64,000 nt of DNA from an uncultured Aquimarina sp. Its GTDB lineage: Bacteria; Bacteroidota; Bacteroidia; Flavobacteriales; Flavobacteriaceae. Positions within the stretch are counted from its first letter, which is position 1, and the number at the start of each line of letters is the position of its first letter. The stretch spans positions 2,787 through 66,786 of the forward strand of contig CANNFM010000024.1 of the NCBI GenBank assembly GCA_947503835.1, in the 5' to 3' direction. Shown piece by piece: positions 48,301-56,665 of this stretch. The position numbers and the translations under genes are program-made. Under the pieces are notes generated by a model. The model saw only the letters and a list, made by a program, of their open reading frames with translations. It ran no database searches and was not told the DNA's origin.

Positions 48301-51258
48301 GGATATCTACAAAGTGAAAAGAATATTAAGGTAGGTGATACTATCGGAATATTACTAGATCGGGATGAATATTTGATCCCTTCTATTCTTGGGACATTAA
48401 AAACCGGTGCGGCGTTTGTTCCTATCGATCTAAAGCTCCCACAAGAAAGGATAAATGCGATTATTGAAGGAGCAAATTTAAAAGCGTTAATAACAAGTAA
48501 TAAAAGTCTGCTAAAAGATTCTATCCCATCTGCGATTAATCTTGACGAGGTGATTCATGATCTTGAAACTTTTGAAAGACCATATGTAAGTCATTCTGTA
48601 AAAAGTACTGATTTGGCATACATCATTTATACTTCAGGATCTACAGGCACACCAAAAGGAGTGATGATAGAGCACCAATCATTGGCCAATTATATCAATT
48701 GGGCAACAAAAACATATGTAAATAATGAGAAATCAACATTTGCATTGTTCACTTCTATTTCCTTTGACCTAACAATTACTTCAATTTTTACTCCATTAAT
48801 TACAGGAGATAAAATTGTCTTGTATCCTGAAAATGAAAATGAAATATTAGTTGAGAAAGTTTTTTTAAATGATGAAGTGGATGTAATAAAGCTTACTCCC
48901 TCACATTTAAAAATCATTAAGAACTCATCTTGTTCTGCATCAAATACAACATCTAAAACACTTATTGTTGGAGGTGAAAATTTTGAAACATCTCTTGCAA
49001 GGTCTATTGGTGAACAGTTTGCAAATAAAATGATTCAGTATAATGAATACGGACCAACTGAAGCAACGGTAGGTTGTATGATTTATGAGTTTAATGCTAA
49101 AGAACAAACCAACTCTGTGCCCATAGGGAAGCCAATTGACAATATGCAGGTATATGTGCTGGATAAAAACTTAAACTTAGTGCCTAACGGTGTTGATGGA
49201 GAGTTATTTCTCTCTGGAGACGGAATCTCAAGAGGATACTGGAACAATTTAGATTTAACAGCTGAAAAGTTTTTGAACAATCCGTTTATTGATGGAACAA
49301 AAATGTATCAAACCGGAGATGTTGTAACCCAATTGGAAGATGGAAATTTGATATATAAAGGAAGAATCGATGATCAAGTTAAAATTAGAGGATTCAGAAT
49401 TGAATTAGGAGAGGTTGAAGCACAAATAGAAATTAATGAACATATAAAAGAAGTACATGTTATTCCAAAAAATATTCAAGATGAGCAAGCTTTATTTGCA
49501 TACTATGTGGCTGATAAAAAAATAGATGCATCAGAGCTAAAAACGTTTTTAGAAAATAGTTTACCAGAATATATGATTCCTTCTAATTTCATACAAATGG
49601 AGGAAATGCCATTAACCCAAAACGGTAAACTTGATAAAAAAGCATTGCCAGAAGTGTTAACCGATAGTGATTATGTAGCTCCTTCAAGTGCATTAGAGAA
49701 AGAACTGGTTCAAATATTTGCGAAGGTATTAAAACTGGAAGAAGATACCGTTAGCACCGATAAGAGCTTCTTTGAGCTCGGAGGAAATTCAATACGAGTA
49801 ATACTTTTAATTAGTGCAATTAGAAAATTAAATGCAGTTAAACTAAATCTGAAGGATGTTTTTGATAATCCGTCTGTGCAAAAATTAGCTAAGATCATTG
49901 AGAAAACATCAGTGCAAGAAGAAGTAGCAATTCCTAAAGTGGATACACAAGAATTTTATCCAACTTCTCCAGCACAAGAAAGGATGTATTATCAGCAATC
50001 TTTGGATACAGAAGATTTAGGATGGAATATCTTTACTGCCATGGAGATTAGTGATGAAAGTAGTGCAGAAACACTAGAGGCTACATTTCAAAAACTTATT
50101 GATCGTCATGAATGTCTAAGAACAAGTTTTATTCTACTAGAAGATGGTGTAGCACAAAAAGTGAATGAAGAAGTATGCTTTAAGCTTCAACATTTGGAAG
50201 AAAATCAATTCGATACTGTAGAAGGAGCTTTTTCAAGTTTTGTTCGTTCTTTTGATTTATCGGAGCCCTCATTATTTCGATGTGCTTTATTAAAAAGAAA
50301 AAAAGCTTCAGATCTTTTATTTATAGATGTTCATCATATTGTTTGTGATGGAATATCACTTGATATTCTGATTAAAGATTTTACGGCATTGTATTTTGAA
50401 GAAAATCTGGAACCTATTGCAACTCGTTACGTAGATTATGCTTCTTGGCAAAGAAATTCGAAACTTAAAATTGAAAAACAAGAAGGATACTGGAGTAATA
50501 AACTTAAAGGCAAATTACCTCGACTTGAGCTACTAACGCGTAAAAATCGAAACGAAGTTGGAACTTTTTATGTGGATGTAGATAGATTAGATGTTACAGG
50601 CTCTTTATACGAAGGAATAAAGGAGAAAACAAAGCAAGCCAAAGTATCTAATTTCATGTTCTTGCTATCAGTATACTATATTCTATTATCAAAAATCTCA
50701 GGGAAAAGTGATGTTATAATTGGTACAGACGTACTAGGAAGAACCCACACTTCTCTTAAAAATCTTGTAGGGACATTTGTGAACATTCTACCATTACGAA
50801 TAGATGTTAACGCTGTCATGTCTTACAAGCAATTTTTAGAAGAAGTAAAAACATCTGTACTTGAAGCTTATGATAATCAAGATTTTCAATTTGATCAGAT
50901 GGTTGATATAGTTGATAAAGAAGAAAGAGTAGTAAGAAACCCTATAGTAGATGTGCATTTCGCTGTTTCTGATACGGTTGAAGGTGATGAGGAGCTGGAA
51001 ACATTAAAGTTCAATCCTATCCTAATTAATAACAATACCAGAACTTCTCCTTATGAATTTAAGATTGAAGTAAGTGAAAGCAATCATCAGATGCATATTG
51101 ATTTTATTTATTGTAAAGAACTTTATGATAAAGAAATGATAAGTGTATTAAAAGAGTACTTCTCAAACATACTAAATACAATTTTGGAAGATGATATGGT
51201 TGAAATTCAAGATATTATGTTAGAGAACCAGGTTATGGATTTTAGTTTTGAGCTGTAG
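42334..51258 (+). CDS. Hybrid PKS-NRPS: KS - AT(malonyl-type) - KR - ACP - C - A(Asn-type) - T - C
   Basis: KS: TACSTSLVA, EAHGTATKLGDP, SNIGHLD. AT: GHSIGE plus HAFHS. KR: TGGLGNLG and YASAN. ACP: FFEIGGDSLKA. C: MHHIITDGIS. A: YTSGSTGTPKGV, NEYGPTEATVGC, code D-L-T-K-I-G-E-V-G-K. T: FFELGGNSIRV. The terminal C has VHHIVCDGIS (about 50329). The protein ends after the C domain. Confidence 0.95.
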   Translation: MKKYNGVEIAIVGMSGQFPGAKNIDQFWENLKNGVESIDFFTDEELLEEGETTNTINNPSYVKANAYLEDKQFFDSEFFGYTPSEAKLMDPQARLFHENCWKALEDAGYDITTNTDKIGLFAGASSNVNWLTYASISNMDNAVNNFNAFHLRDITFMCSRVSYLLNLQGPSMHINTACSTSLVAIQRACMSLLLRECKMAIAGGVTVKNHSKKGYFYEEGMIDSSDGHCKTFDADADGTIGGEGVGVVILKRLSDAINDGDHIYAVIKGSGINNDGSNKIAYTAPSIDGQSQAIHKAMSMGKIEPESISYIEAHGTATKLGDPIEVEALTHSYGKSEEKYCAIGSVKSNIGHLDIAAGVAGFIKTAMSLKNKVIPPSLHFKNPNPKINFLESPFYVNTTLKEWTNDKYPLRAGVSSFGIGGTNAHVILEEAPEIDPSSASRDYQLLTFSAKTTAALERNIQRFSEFIKKDNELKLSDIASTLQTGRASLGYRKTIVCKGKENVADALSNLKIEHTNKSISKKRKPNVVFMFSGQGSQYANMCLDLYNSEEVFKESLDKSFEILGRFTDKDLKSILFSENETEINNTENAQPLLFSIEYALAELLISWGIHPEVMVGHSIGEYVAACLSGVFSLEDALFLVLQRGELMQKASRGTMLSVSISEEELQPYLLRNNAISLAAVNSSDLCVLSGSHEEIAKIKAILEQKEFSCKELRTSHAFHSHMMDEILEEFRNIINTIQLKSPQKAFYSNLTGELVSDSQVLNPEYWVNHLRGTVRFSKCVENLTKKEETLFIEVGPGRVLSSLVKSNSSRKKSQKAINLVRHASEEINDQQYLLSSLGSIWEEGVEPDWTTFYKDEVRHKLSLPTYSFDKVAYPTNVDAYKMMRELSGTIKENDISTYYEPSWKKTSLVSANEKPESKTNLLFIDDLGVGESLLKELKENNETVICVSKGEDFYIDNSVYSVNPENPDSINELFASLNQNKIYPNRILYGWSISDKKAETSLNYKIEETNFFTLFNIIKSFNAHFDLEEKELIVITNNLHSITGNEKGNSEEGMQLGLLKVIAQEYSGVVTGHIDISLNSNNNKKDAERLFQEILYKEPGKSVALRNGSRWSQIYEPIKVDTSKKESVFKNQGTYLITGGLGNLGYTLSKYLLEKFSVKVILTGRTELPNRSEWSKLLANKEANSSVATRIERYQELEKLNGQVEYYSCDIINKSNFEELISKIEKVNSINGVVHAAGVIHGTSINLIENLTKEDFEDQFFAKTIGVKVLNEVFKDKKLDFSLIVSSLSSILGGLGFAAYASANSFMDYFVKEKLATGDLENWQCVNFDGLNFSDTSTDNDSLNKSEILEAVEHVLSLKNLHQIVVSKSDLQQRLDNWIKRNVEEDATEESTSPILDERLQAAHVSLNSLEEGLIALWEDFFGKSIEIEDNFFEIGGDSLKALTMLRRIHKTFNVELSIKEFFDCGTVRLISERINKKKAELENQSNNYVTIPKAETQEYYHLSSVQKRLYFLYEYAKDSLAYNLPQIVKLEGNLNKERLVKVFERLLQRHESLRTSFSLINGVPMQKIEELTSFEIIEIKAKSDEISTIINDFITPFDLSKAPLIRVGLVQVSDLEHILMVDMHHIITDGISQGILISDFMKLYNNEELPELRLQYKDYANWQGHEEQQKRISSQKEFWLEQFSDEVKLTNLPTDFVRPLESSNKGESVWIKLAKDEIKGLVKLADNEQATNYMVLLSIFNILLSKLSNQEDITIGSPVAGRQHSDFDNVIGMFVNTLSIRNYPKGDYTFREFLAEVKQRAIACFDNQDYPYEELVEGLKIDREKGRNPLFDTMFEYQISTEETQLKIPELELTIFNGVDEKILNVSKFDLLLSALENGDDLRLKLEYSYDLFRSETVERFIKYYKRIINQVIENPDCKLADIKLLDLKEEGKLLELLNDTDQAYKKEETILELFEKQVERNPNQIAIQDENTCLTYKELQSKSNQIYGYLQSEKNIKVGDTIGILLDRDEYLIPSILGTLKTGAAFVPIDLKLPQERINAIIEGANLKALITSNKSLLKDSIPSAINLDEVIHDLETFERPYVSHSVKSTDLAYIIYTSGSTGTPKGVMIEHQSLANYINWATKTYVNNEKSTFALFTSISFDLTITSIFTPLITGDKIVLYPENENEILVEKVFLNDEVDVIKLTPSHLKIIKNSSCSASNTTSKTLIVGGENFETSLARSIGEQFANKMIQYNEYGPTEATVGCMIYEFNAKEQTNSVPIGKPIDNMQVYVLDKNLNLVPNGVDGELFLSGDGISRGYWNNLDLTAEKFLNNPFIDGTKMYQTGDVVTQLEDGNLIYKGRIDDQVKIRGFRIELGEVEAQIEINEHIKEVHVIPKNIQDEQALFAYYVADKKIDASELKTFLENSLPEYMIPSNFIQMEEMPLTQNGKLDKKALPEVLTDSDYVAPSSALEKELVQIFAKVLKLEEDTVSTDKSFFELGGNSIRVILLISAIRKLNAVKLNLKDVFDNPSVQKLAKIIEKTSVQEEVAIPKVDTQEFYPTSPAQERMYYQQSLDTEDLGWNIFTAMEISDESSAETLEATFQKLIDRHECLRTSFILLEDGVAQKVNEEVCFKLQHLEENQFDTVEGAFSSFVRSFDLSEPSLFRCALLKRKKASDLLFIDVHHIVCDGISLDILIKDFTALYFEENLEPIATRYVDYASWQRNSKLKIEKQEGYWSNKLKGKLPRLELLTRKNRNEVGTFYVDVDRLDVTGSLYEGIKEKTKQAKVSNFMFLLSVYYILLSKISGKSDVIIGTDVLGRTHTSLKNLVGTFVNILPLRIDVNAVMSYKQFLEEVKTSVLEAYDNQDFQFDQMVDIVDKEERVVRNPIVDVHFAVSDTVEGDEELETLKFNPILINNNTRTSPYEFKIEVSESNHQMHIDFIYCKELYDKEMISVLKEYFSNILNTILEDDMVEIQDIMLENQVMDFSFEL

Positions 51259-51310
51259 TCATTCAAAATCGATTTGAACATTAATTTATTAAAAAATACA
51301 ATATAAAATT

Positions 51311-53173
51311 ATGTGCGGAATTTGTGGTTTTTTGAAATTCGATAGTGGGGTTTCGGGAGAAGATAATAGAATAATTGAAAATATGAATAATAAACTTATT
51401 CATAGAGGTCCCGATGCTCAGGATACATTACTTTTTGATAATGTTGCATTAGGATTTACCAGATTAAGTATTATCGGATTAGAAAATGGTATGCAACCTA
51501 TATATAACGAAGATAGGTCAATATTAGTAGTATGTAATGGAGAAATCTTCAACTACATCGAATTAAAAAAAGAATTAAAAAATGCAGGACATGTTTTTAG
51601 AACAGAATCGGATGTAGAAGTTATTGTTCATTTGTATGAAACATATGGCACTGATTTCTTAGATAAGTTAAATGGCCAGTTTGCGTTTGCGTTATATGAT
51701 ACAAAAGAGAAAAGACTTTTTTGCGCACGAGATCAAATGGGTATTATTCCATTTTTTTACACTTTTGTTGAGAACACATTTATTTTTGGTTCAGAAATTA
51801 AAGCTATCCTAGAGCATCCTTCGGTAAAAAGACAAGTAGACCTAACCGGATTGGATCAAGTATTTACTTTTCCGGGATTAGTAAGCCCAAGAACTATGTT
51901 CAAGGATATTAAAAGTCTAGAGAATGGACATTTTCTTTTGGTTAATGCTTATGGAGAAATAAAAGATGTTGAATACTGGGATTTGATGTATCCGGAAGGA
52001 GAAATGAAAATGAACGGTAAACCAGAAACTGCTTATATAAATGAGTTAGAGGAAGTGTTTAATAATGCTATTAATTTAAGGTTAAGGGCCGATGTTCCTT
52101 CTGGGTTATACTTAAGTGGAGGATTAGACTCTTCAATGATAACCGCAAAAGTCAATCAATTAGTTCCGGATATAAAGAAAGAGGCATTTTCAATTGATTT
52201 CATAGACTCACAATATTCAGAGTCTGTCTATCAAAAATTAATAGCAGAGCAAAGTAATGCAAAGCTTAATCAGAAAACATTCTTCTATGATGATATTAGC
52301 GAAAGATTACTGCATTCTGTTTATCATAGTGAGTGTCCTATTAAAGAAACATATAACACAGCATCATTGTCGCTATCTGAAGCAGTTAGAGAAAAAGATA
52401 TAAAAGTAATTCTCTCTGGTGAAGGAGCCGATGAATTCTTTGCAGGATATGTGGGGTACAGGTTTGATAAAATGAAAGGATTAAATACCACTCAAGATCC
52501 AATAGCTCCAGAAGAACGAGCGTTGAGAAAAAAACTCTGGGGAGACGAATCTTTTTTCTATGAAAGAAATTATACCGAGTTTAATTCACTCAAAAAAGGT
52601 TTGTATTCAGCAGATGTTAATGCTTCGTTCGACGAAATCAATTGCTTAAATCATACGCTAATTAATACAGATCGTATAAAAAACAGGGATGTATTAAATA
52701 AAAGAGCATATATCGATTATAAGATGAGGTTGGTCGATCATTTGGTTTCTGATCACGGTGATAGAATGGCCATGGCAAATTCAGTAGAGGTACGATATCC
52801 ATTTTTAGATAAGGAACTCATAGAGTATTCAACACATTTGCCTTCTGACTTAAAACTTAATGGATTTACAGAGAAGTATATTTTGAAACAAATGGCGACT
52901 CGATTTTTACCAAAGAAAGTCTTCGAAAGAGAAAAATTTCATTTCATTGCTCCGGGAAGCCCTTATTTATTACAAAAGAATATCGAATATATTAATGATT
53001 TATTGTCATACGATTTGATAAAGAAACAAGGATATTTTAATCCAGACGAAATCGAAAAACTTAAAAAGAAGTATAGCCAAAAAGGGTTTACAGTCAATGC
53101 TCCTTTTGAAAGTGATTTATTAATTGTTGTAATCACTTTTGGAATGCTTTTAGATAAGTTTTTTAAATCTTAA
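51311..53173 (+). CDS. Asparagine synthetase B-family glutamine-dependent amidotransferase
   Basis: 620-aa ORF. The N-terminal MCGICG fits an Ntn-type class II glutamine amidotransferase with Cys2 as nucleophile. A PP-loop LSGGLDSS is present in the synthetase domain. The gene is inserted between two NRPS genes. Confidence 0.9.
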   Translation: MCGICGFLKFDSGVSGEDNRIIENMNNKLIHRGPDAQDTLLFDNVALGFTRLSIIGLENGMQPIYNEDRSILVVCNGEIFNYIELKKELKNAGHVFRTESDVEVIVHLYETYGTDFLDKLNGQFAFALYDTKEKRLFCARDQMGIIPFFYTFVENTFIFGSEIKAILEHPSVKRQVDLTGLDQVFTFPGLVSPRTMFKDIKSLENGHFLLVNAYGEIKDVEYWDLMYPEGEMKMNGKPETAYINELEEVFNNAINLRLRADVPSGLYLSGGLDSSMITAKVNQLVPDIKKEAFSIDFIDSQYSESVYQKLIAEQSNAKLNQKTFFYDDISERLLHSVYHSECPIKETYNTASLSLSEAVREKDIKVILSGEGADEFFAGYVGYRFDKMKGLNTTQDPIAPEERALRKKLWGDESFFYERNYTEFNSLKKGLYSADVNASFDEINCLNHTLINTDRIKNRDVLNKRAYIDYKMRLVDHLVSDHGDRMAMANSVEVRYPFLDKELIEYSTHLPSDLKLNGFTEKYILKQMATRFLPKKVFEREKFHFIAPGSPYLLQKNIEYINDLLSYDLIKKQGYFNPDEIEKLKKKYSQKGFTVNAPFESDLLIVVITFGMLLDKFFKS

Positions 53174-53397
53174 TTACCTCCTGTCTTTACAATAGACTTT
53201 TATAAGGAAACCCTTTAGCATAAACAGATTATTTTAAAAATGTAGCGAAGCTACTGTTCCTGCAGTAGTTTCTCGTTGCAATGGAGTTCCTTATTCATAA
53301 AACAGAATAAACCAAGGAAAGAAATTGAAATCATTTCTCACTTCTTAAAAAATACAAACAACATTCATAAACAATAATAACTGAAAAAAACACTGTT

Positions 53398-56300
53398 ATG
53401 ATTTTTCAAAATGAACTAATAAAAAGCTTTAAAGCGCATCATAATCAAGTAGCTATAGATAATGGAGATGCACTGGTAACGTATGCCGATGTATTGAAAA
53501 TTGCAAACAAGATTACCAATATCTTATTGAATAATGGAATGTCTTCTGAAGCCTTTGTAGGTATACAATTGACAGATAAAACAAATCTGATTTACGCTAT
53601 CATAGGAACCTTAAATGCTAGAGGAGTCATTGTTCCTTTGGATGTTACACTGCCAAACAATAGAATGGAAAATATTATAAAGGATTTGAATCTATCCTAT
53701 ATGATTACTACCAAAGACAGTCCATTACTAAGTCAAAATCCATCTATAGAATATATTTTCATAGAAGATATAATGGATTCAGAAAACGATATTGACCATC
53801 AAAATATTGAGTATCCAAAATATGATTCACAAGATAGTGCTTATGTATATTTCACTTCAGGAACTACAGGAAAGCCTAAAGGTATAATAGGTAAGAACAA
53901 TAGTTTATTGCAATTTTTAAAATGGGAAATAGATACTTTTTCTATTACTTCAGGAACCAGAGTCAGTCAGTTTATTAGTCCTTATTTTGATGCTTTTCTA
54001 AGAGATGTTTTTGCCCCCTTATTGGCAGGAGGAACTATTTGTATCCCACCGGCTGATGAAGATTTCTTTACACCCGAAAAAATGGTGTCTTGGATCGATG
54101 AAGCAAAAATTAATTTAATTCACTGTGTTCCGAGTTTATTTAGAGTATTTAGCAACAATCAAATTACTGCCGATAATTTTAAAACTCTTACTCATGTTTT
54201 AATGTCTGGAGAAAAAATAATTCCTTCAGAATTAGTCAATTGGTATACCGTATTTGATGCAAGAATACAGCTGGTTAACTTATATGGGACAACAGAAACT
54301 ACAATGATTAGGACCTGTTACAAAATTAAGCCAGAAGATGTTGAATTGCCAAAAATGCCGATAGGCTCACCAATTAACGATACACAGCTTTTGGTTGCAG
54401 ATGAAAAATTAAAACCTTGTAATGTCTTTGTGCCGGGTGATCTGTACATTATTACTCCGTATACAACCAAAGGGTATTTAAACAATGAAGAATTAAACGC
54501 CGAAAAATTTCTAAAAGTAAATTCTCCAACATTGGGTGAGGCTTTTGCTTTTAAAACAGGAGATAAAGCCAGAATGATGCCAGGCGGTGTTATTGATCTA
54601 ATGGGGCGAGAAGATAGACAAGTAAAATTGAGAGGTATAAGAGTAGAATTAGATGAAATAGAGAATGTATTAACACAATCTGAATATGTTAAGAATGCCA
54701 TAGTTATAAAACATTCTGGAGATGAAGAAACCGGATCAACAACCGATTCTACCCATGGTAATGAGTCTTTAATAGCATTTGTGATAAAAGATAATACTTC
54801 AAATCAAGCAAATTTTAAAGATACCATTTTAACATACCTGAATGATAATTTACCATCGTATATGATGCCATCTGATGTTATAGAAGTAACAGATTTTCCA
54901 CTTTTAGATAATGGAAAAGTTAATTATAAGGGATTGCTCAACTATTTAGAAACCAATGAAGTTGTACTTCCGGTAAACAAAATAGAATCAGAACTTCTGG
55001 CAATTTGGAAAGAAATCTTAGGGGATAAAGAAATATCAACCGAAGATAGTTTTCACACTATCGGAGGAAACTCACTAGCAATCATGAGGTTGATTGGAAA
55101 GATCTACAAAGAATATAATGTTAGGATTTCGCTGAACGAAATGTTTAGTAACCTTACGATACAAAAACAAGCAGAGTATATAAAGCAAGCAAATAAAGAT
55201 AATATATTAACCATAACTAAGGCTGAAGAAAAAGAGGCTTACCATTTAACAGCTGCCCAAGAACGTATATATTTCAATTATGAGTTAGACAAAAGTAGTA
55301 CAGCTTTTAATCTTCCAATGTCATGGGTTATTAACGGAAATTTTGATAAACAAAAATTACAAAACGCTTTTTTGGCATTAATCGATAGACACGAAAGCTT
55401 ACGAACAGAATTTAAATTTGTAGACGGAAAGCTTCAGCAGGTGCTAAAAAAATCAGTCGCTTTTAGTTTAGAAGAAATTAGTGCTACACACAAAACTGCA
55501 AAACAAAAGATCTTAGATTTTATACGACCATTTGATTTAGAAAATGCACCGTTAATACGTTGTGGTCTTCTTACAATCGATGAAAATGAAACCATTATGG
55601 TTGTAGATATTCATCACATTGTATGTGATGGAATTTCTCAAAACAATATATTCTCGGATTTATTAAAACTATACAAAGAAGAAGAACTCTTACCATTGCC
55701 ACTGCAGTATAAAGATTATGCAGAGTGGGAAAACGAATTCAAAATGACAGATGATTACATCTCTCATAGAGAGTTTTGGCTTAAAACTTTCGAGGGAGAG
55801 TTACCAAAGCTTACTTTTCCGACAGCAAAAACCGATACTAATCAAAATATAAACAAAGGAGGGAATACTTCTTTTAAGATAGAAAAGAGTGTGCTGGCCA
55901 AAATTACAGATAATTTCAATAACAAAGAGATTACTACTTTTTCTACATTATACTCATTATTTCATTTATACCTGTATCAATTTACTGCACAAGAAGATAT
56001 TGTAATTGGAATTAATAGCTCTGGAAGACTTCAAGATGAGCTCGAGGACGCAGTGGGTATGTTTACAAAAACCCTACCTATTAGGTATGCGTTAAAACCA
56101 CATATGAAATTTCAAGACTATGTTAAGGAAATTCATCAGTTGCTAATTCAGGCAAATAGTGCACAGATTTATGATTTGTCAAATATTGTAAAAGACATCA
56201 ATAATAGTAGAAAAACAGCTGTAGATAGTCTGTTTGAAGTGATGTTAGTGTTCCAAAATTTTGAAGAGAAAAAAGTAGACCTGGATGAGGTAAACTTTTC

Positions 56301-56556
56301 TTCATATGAATTCGAAAATACAGCGTATAAATACCCTATTACATTATTTGCCAGTGAAGGCGATGATGCTATGTTTTTCAGGATGGAGTACTCAACGGCT
56401 CATTTTACCAAAGAGGATGTAGATACTATCATAGCACAGTTTAAAGAATTAGTCACTAAAGTTTCTAAAGACATAGAAGCTGAGGTTATTCAATATATTG
56501 ATAATGAGTTTGCTGTGACTTCATTAAAAGAAGAGGAAATCGCCTTTGATTTTTAA
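53398..56556 (+). CDS. NRPS: A(unassigned specificity) - T - C
   Basis: The protein starts in an A domain with no preceding C. A: YFTSGTTGKPKGI, YFDAFLRD, NLYGTTETTMI, GREDRQVKLRGIRVELDEIE, LPSYMMP, NGKVNYKGL. The by-eye code D-A-R-H-L-S-L-M-I-K is not recognised. T: FHTIGGNSLAIM. C: IHHIVCDGIS (about 55609). Confidence 0.93.
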   Translation: MIFQNELIKSFKAHHNQVAIDNGDALVTYADVLKIANKITNILLNNGMSSEAFVGIQLTDKTNLIYAIIGTLNARGVIVPLDVTLPNNRMENIIKDLNLSYMITTKDSPLLSQNPSIEYIFIEDIMDSENDIDHQNIEYPKYDSQDSAYVYFTSGTTGKPKGIIGKNNSLLQFLKWEIDTFSITSGTRVSQFISPYFDAFLRDVFAPLLAGGTICIPPADEDFFTPEKMVSWIDEAKINLIHCVPSLFRVFSNNQITADNFKTLTHVLMSGEKIIPSELVNWYTVFDARIQLVNLYGTTETTMIRTCYKIKPEDVELPKMPIGSPINDTQLLVADEKLKPCNVFVPGDLYIITPYTTKGYLNNEELNAEKFLKVNSPTLGEAFAFKTGDKARMMPGGVIDLMGREDRQVKLRGIRVELDEIENVLTQSEYVKNAIVIKHSGDEETGSTTDSTHGNESLIAFVIKDNTSNQANFKDTILTYLNDNLPSYMMPSDVIEVTDFPLLDNGKVNYKGLLNYLETNEVVLPVNKIESELLAIWKEILGDKEISTEDSFHTIGGNSLAIMRLIGKIYKEYNVRISLNEMFSNLTIQKQAEYIKQANKDNILTITKAEEKEAYHLTAAQERIYFNYELDKSSTAFNLPMSWVINGNFDKQKLQNAFLALIDRHESLRTEFKFVDGKLQQVLKKSVAFSLEEISATHKTAKQKILDFIRPFDLENAPLIRCGLLTIDENETIMVVDIHHIVCDGISQNNIFSDLLKLYKEEELLPLPLQYKDYAEWENEFKMTDDYISHREFWLKTFEGELPKLTFPTAKTDTNQNINKGGNTSFKIEKSVLAKITDNFNNKEITTFSTLYSLFHLYLYQFTAQEDIVIGINSSGRLQDELEDAVGMFTKTLPIRYALKPHMKFQDYVKEIHQLLIQANSAQIYDLSNIVKDINNSRKTAVDSLFEVMLVFQNFEEKKVDLDEVNFSSYEFENTAYKYPITLFASEGDDAMFFRMEYSTAHFTKEDVDTIIAQFKELVTKVSKDIEAEVIQYIDNEFAVTSLKEEEIAFDF

Positions 56557-56665
56557 TACACAGAAAAAATTATTGATTACTTCATTGTGAATTCTACCCG
56601 TTTTTTACCCTAAAAATATGGATAAGGGTATACATTTTATAGAAATATATTAAAAAATAAAGTTC

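Noticed and set aside
12400-49200. Recent DNA-level duplication among the four Asn modules and the two PKS modules, for example 12541-12610 against 20020-20090.
   Set aside because: The protein motifs are near-identical, but the codons differ at most synonymous positions in the stretches compared. These are old paralogues, not recent repeats or assembly artefacts.
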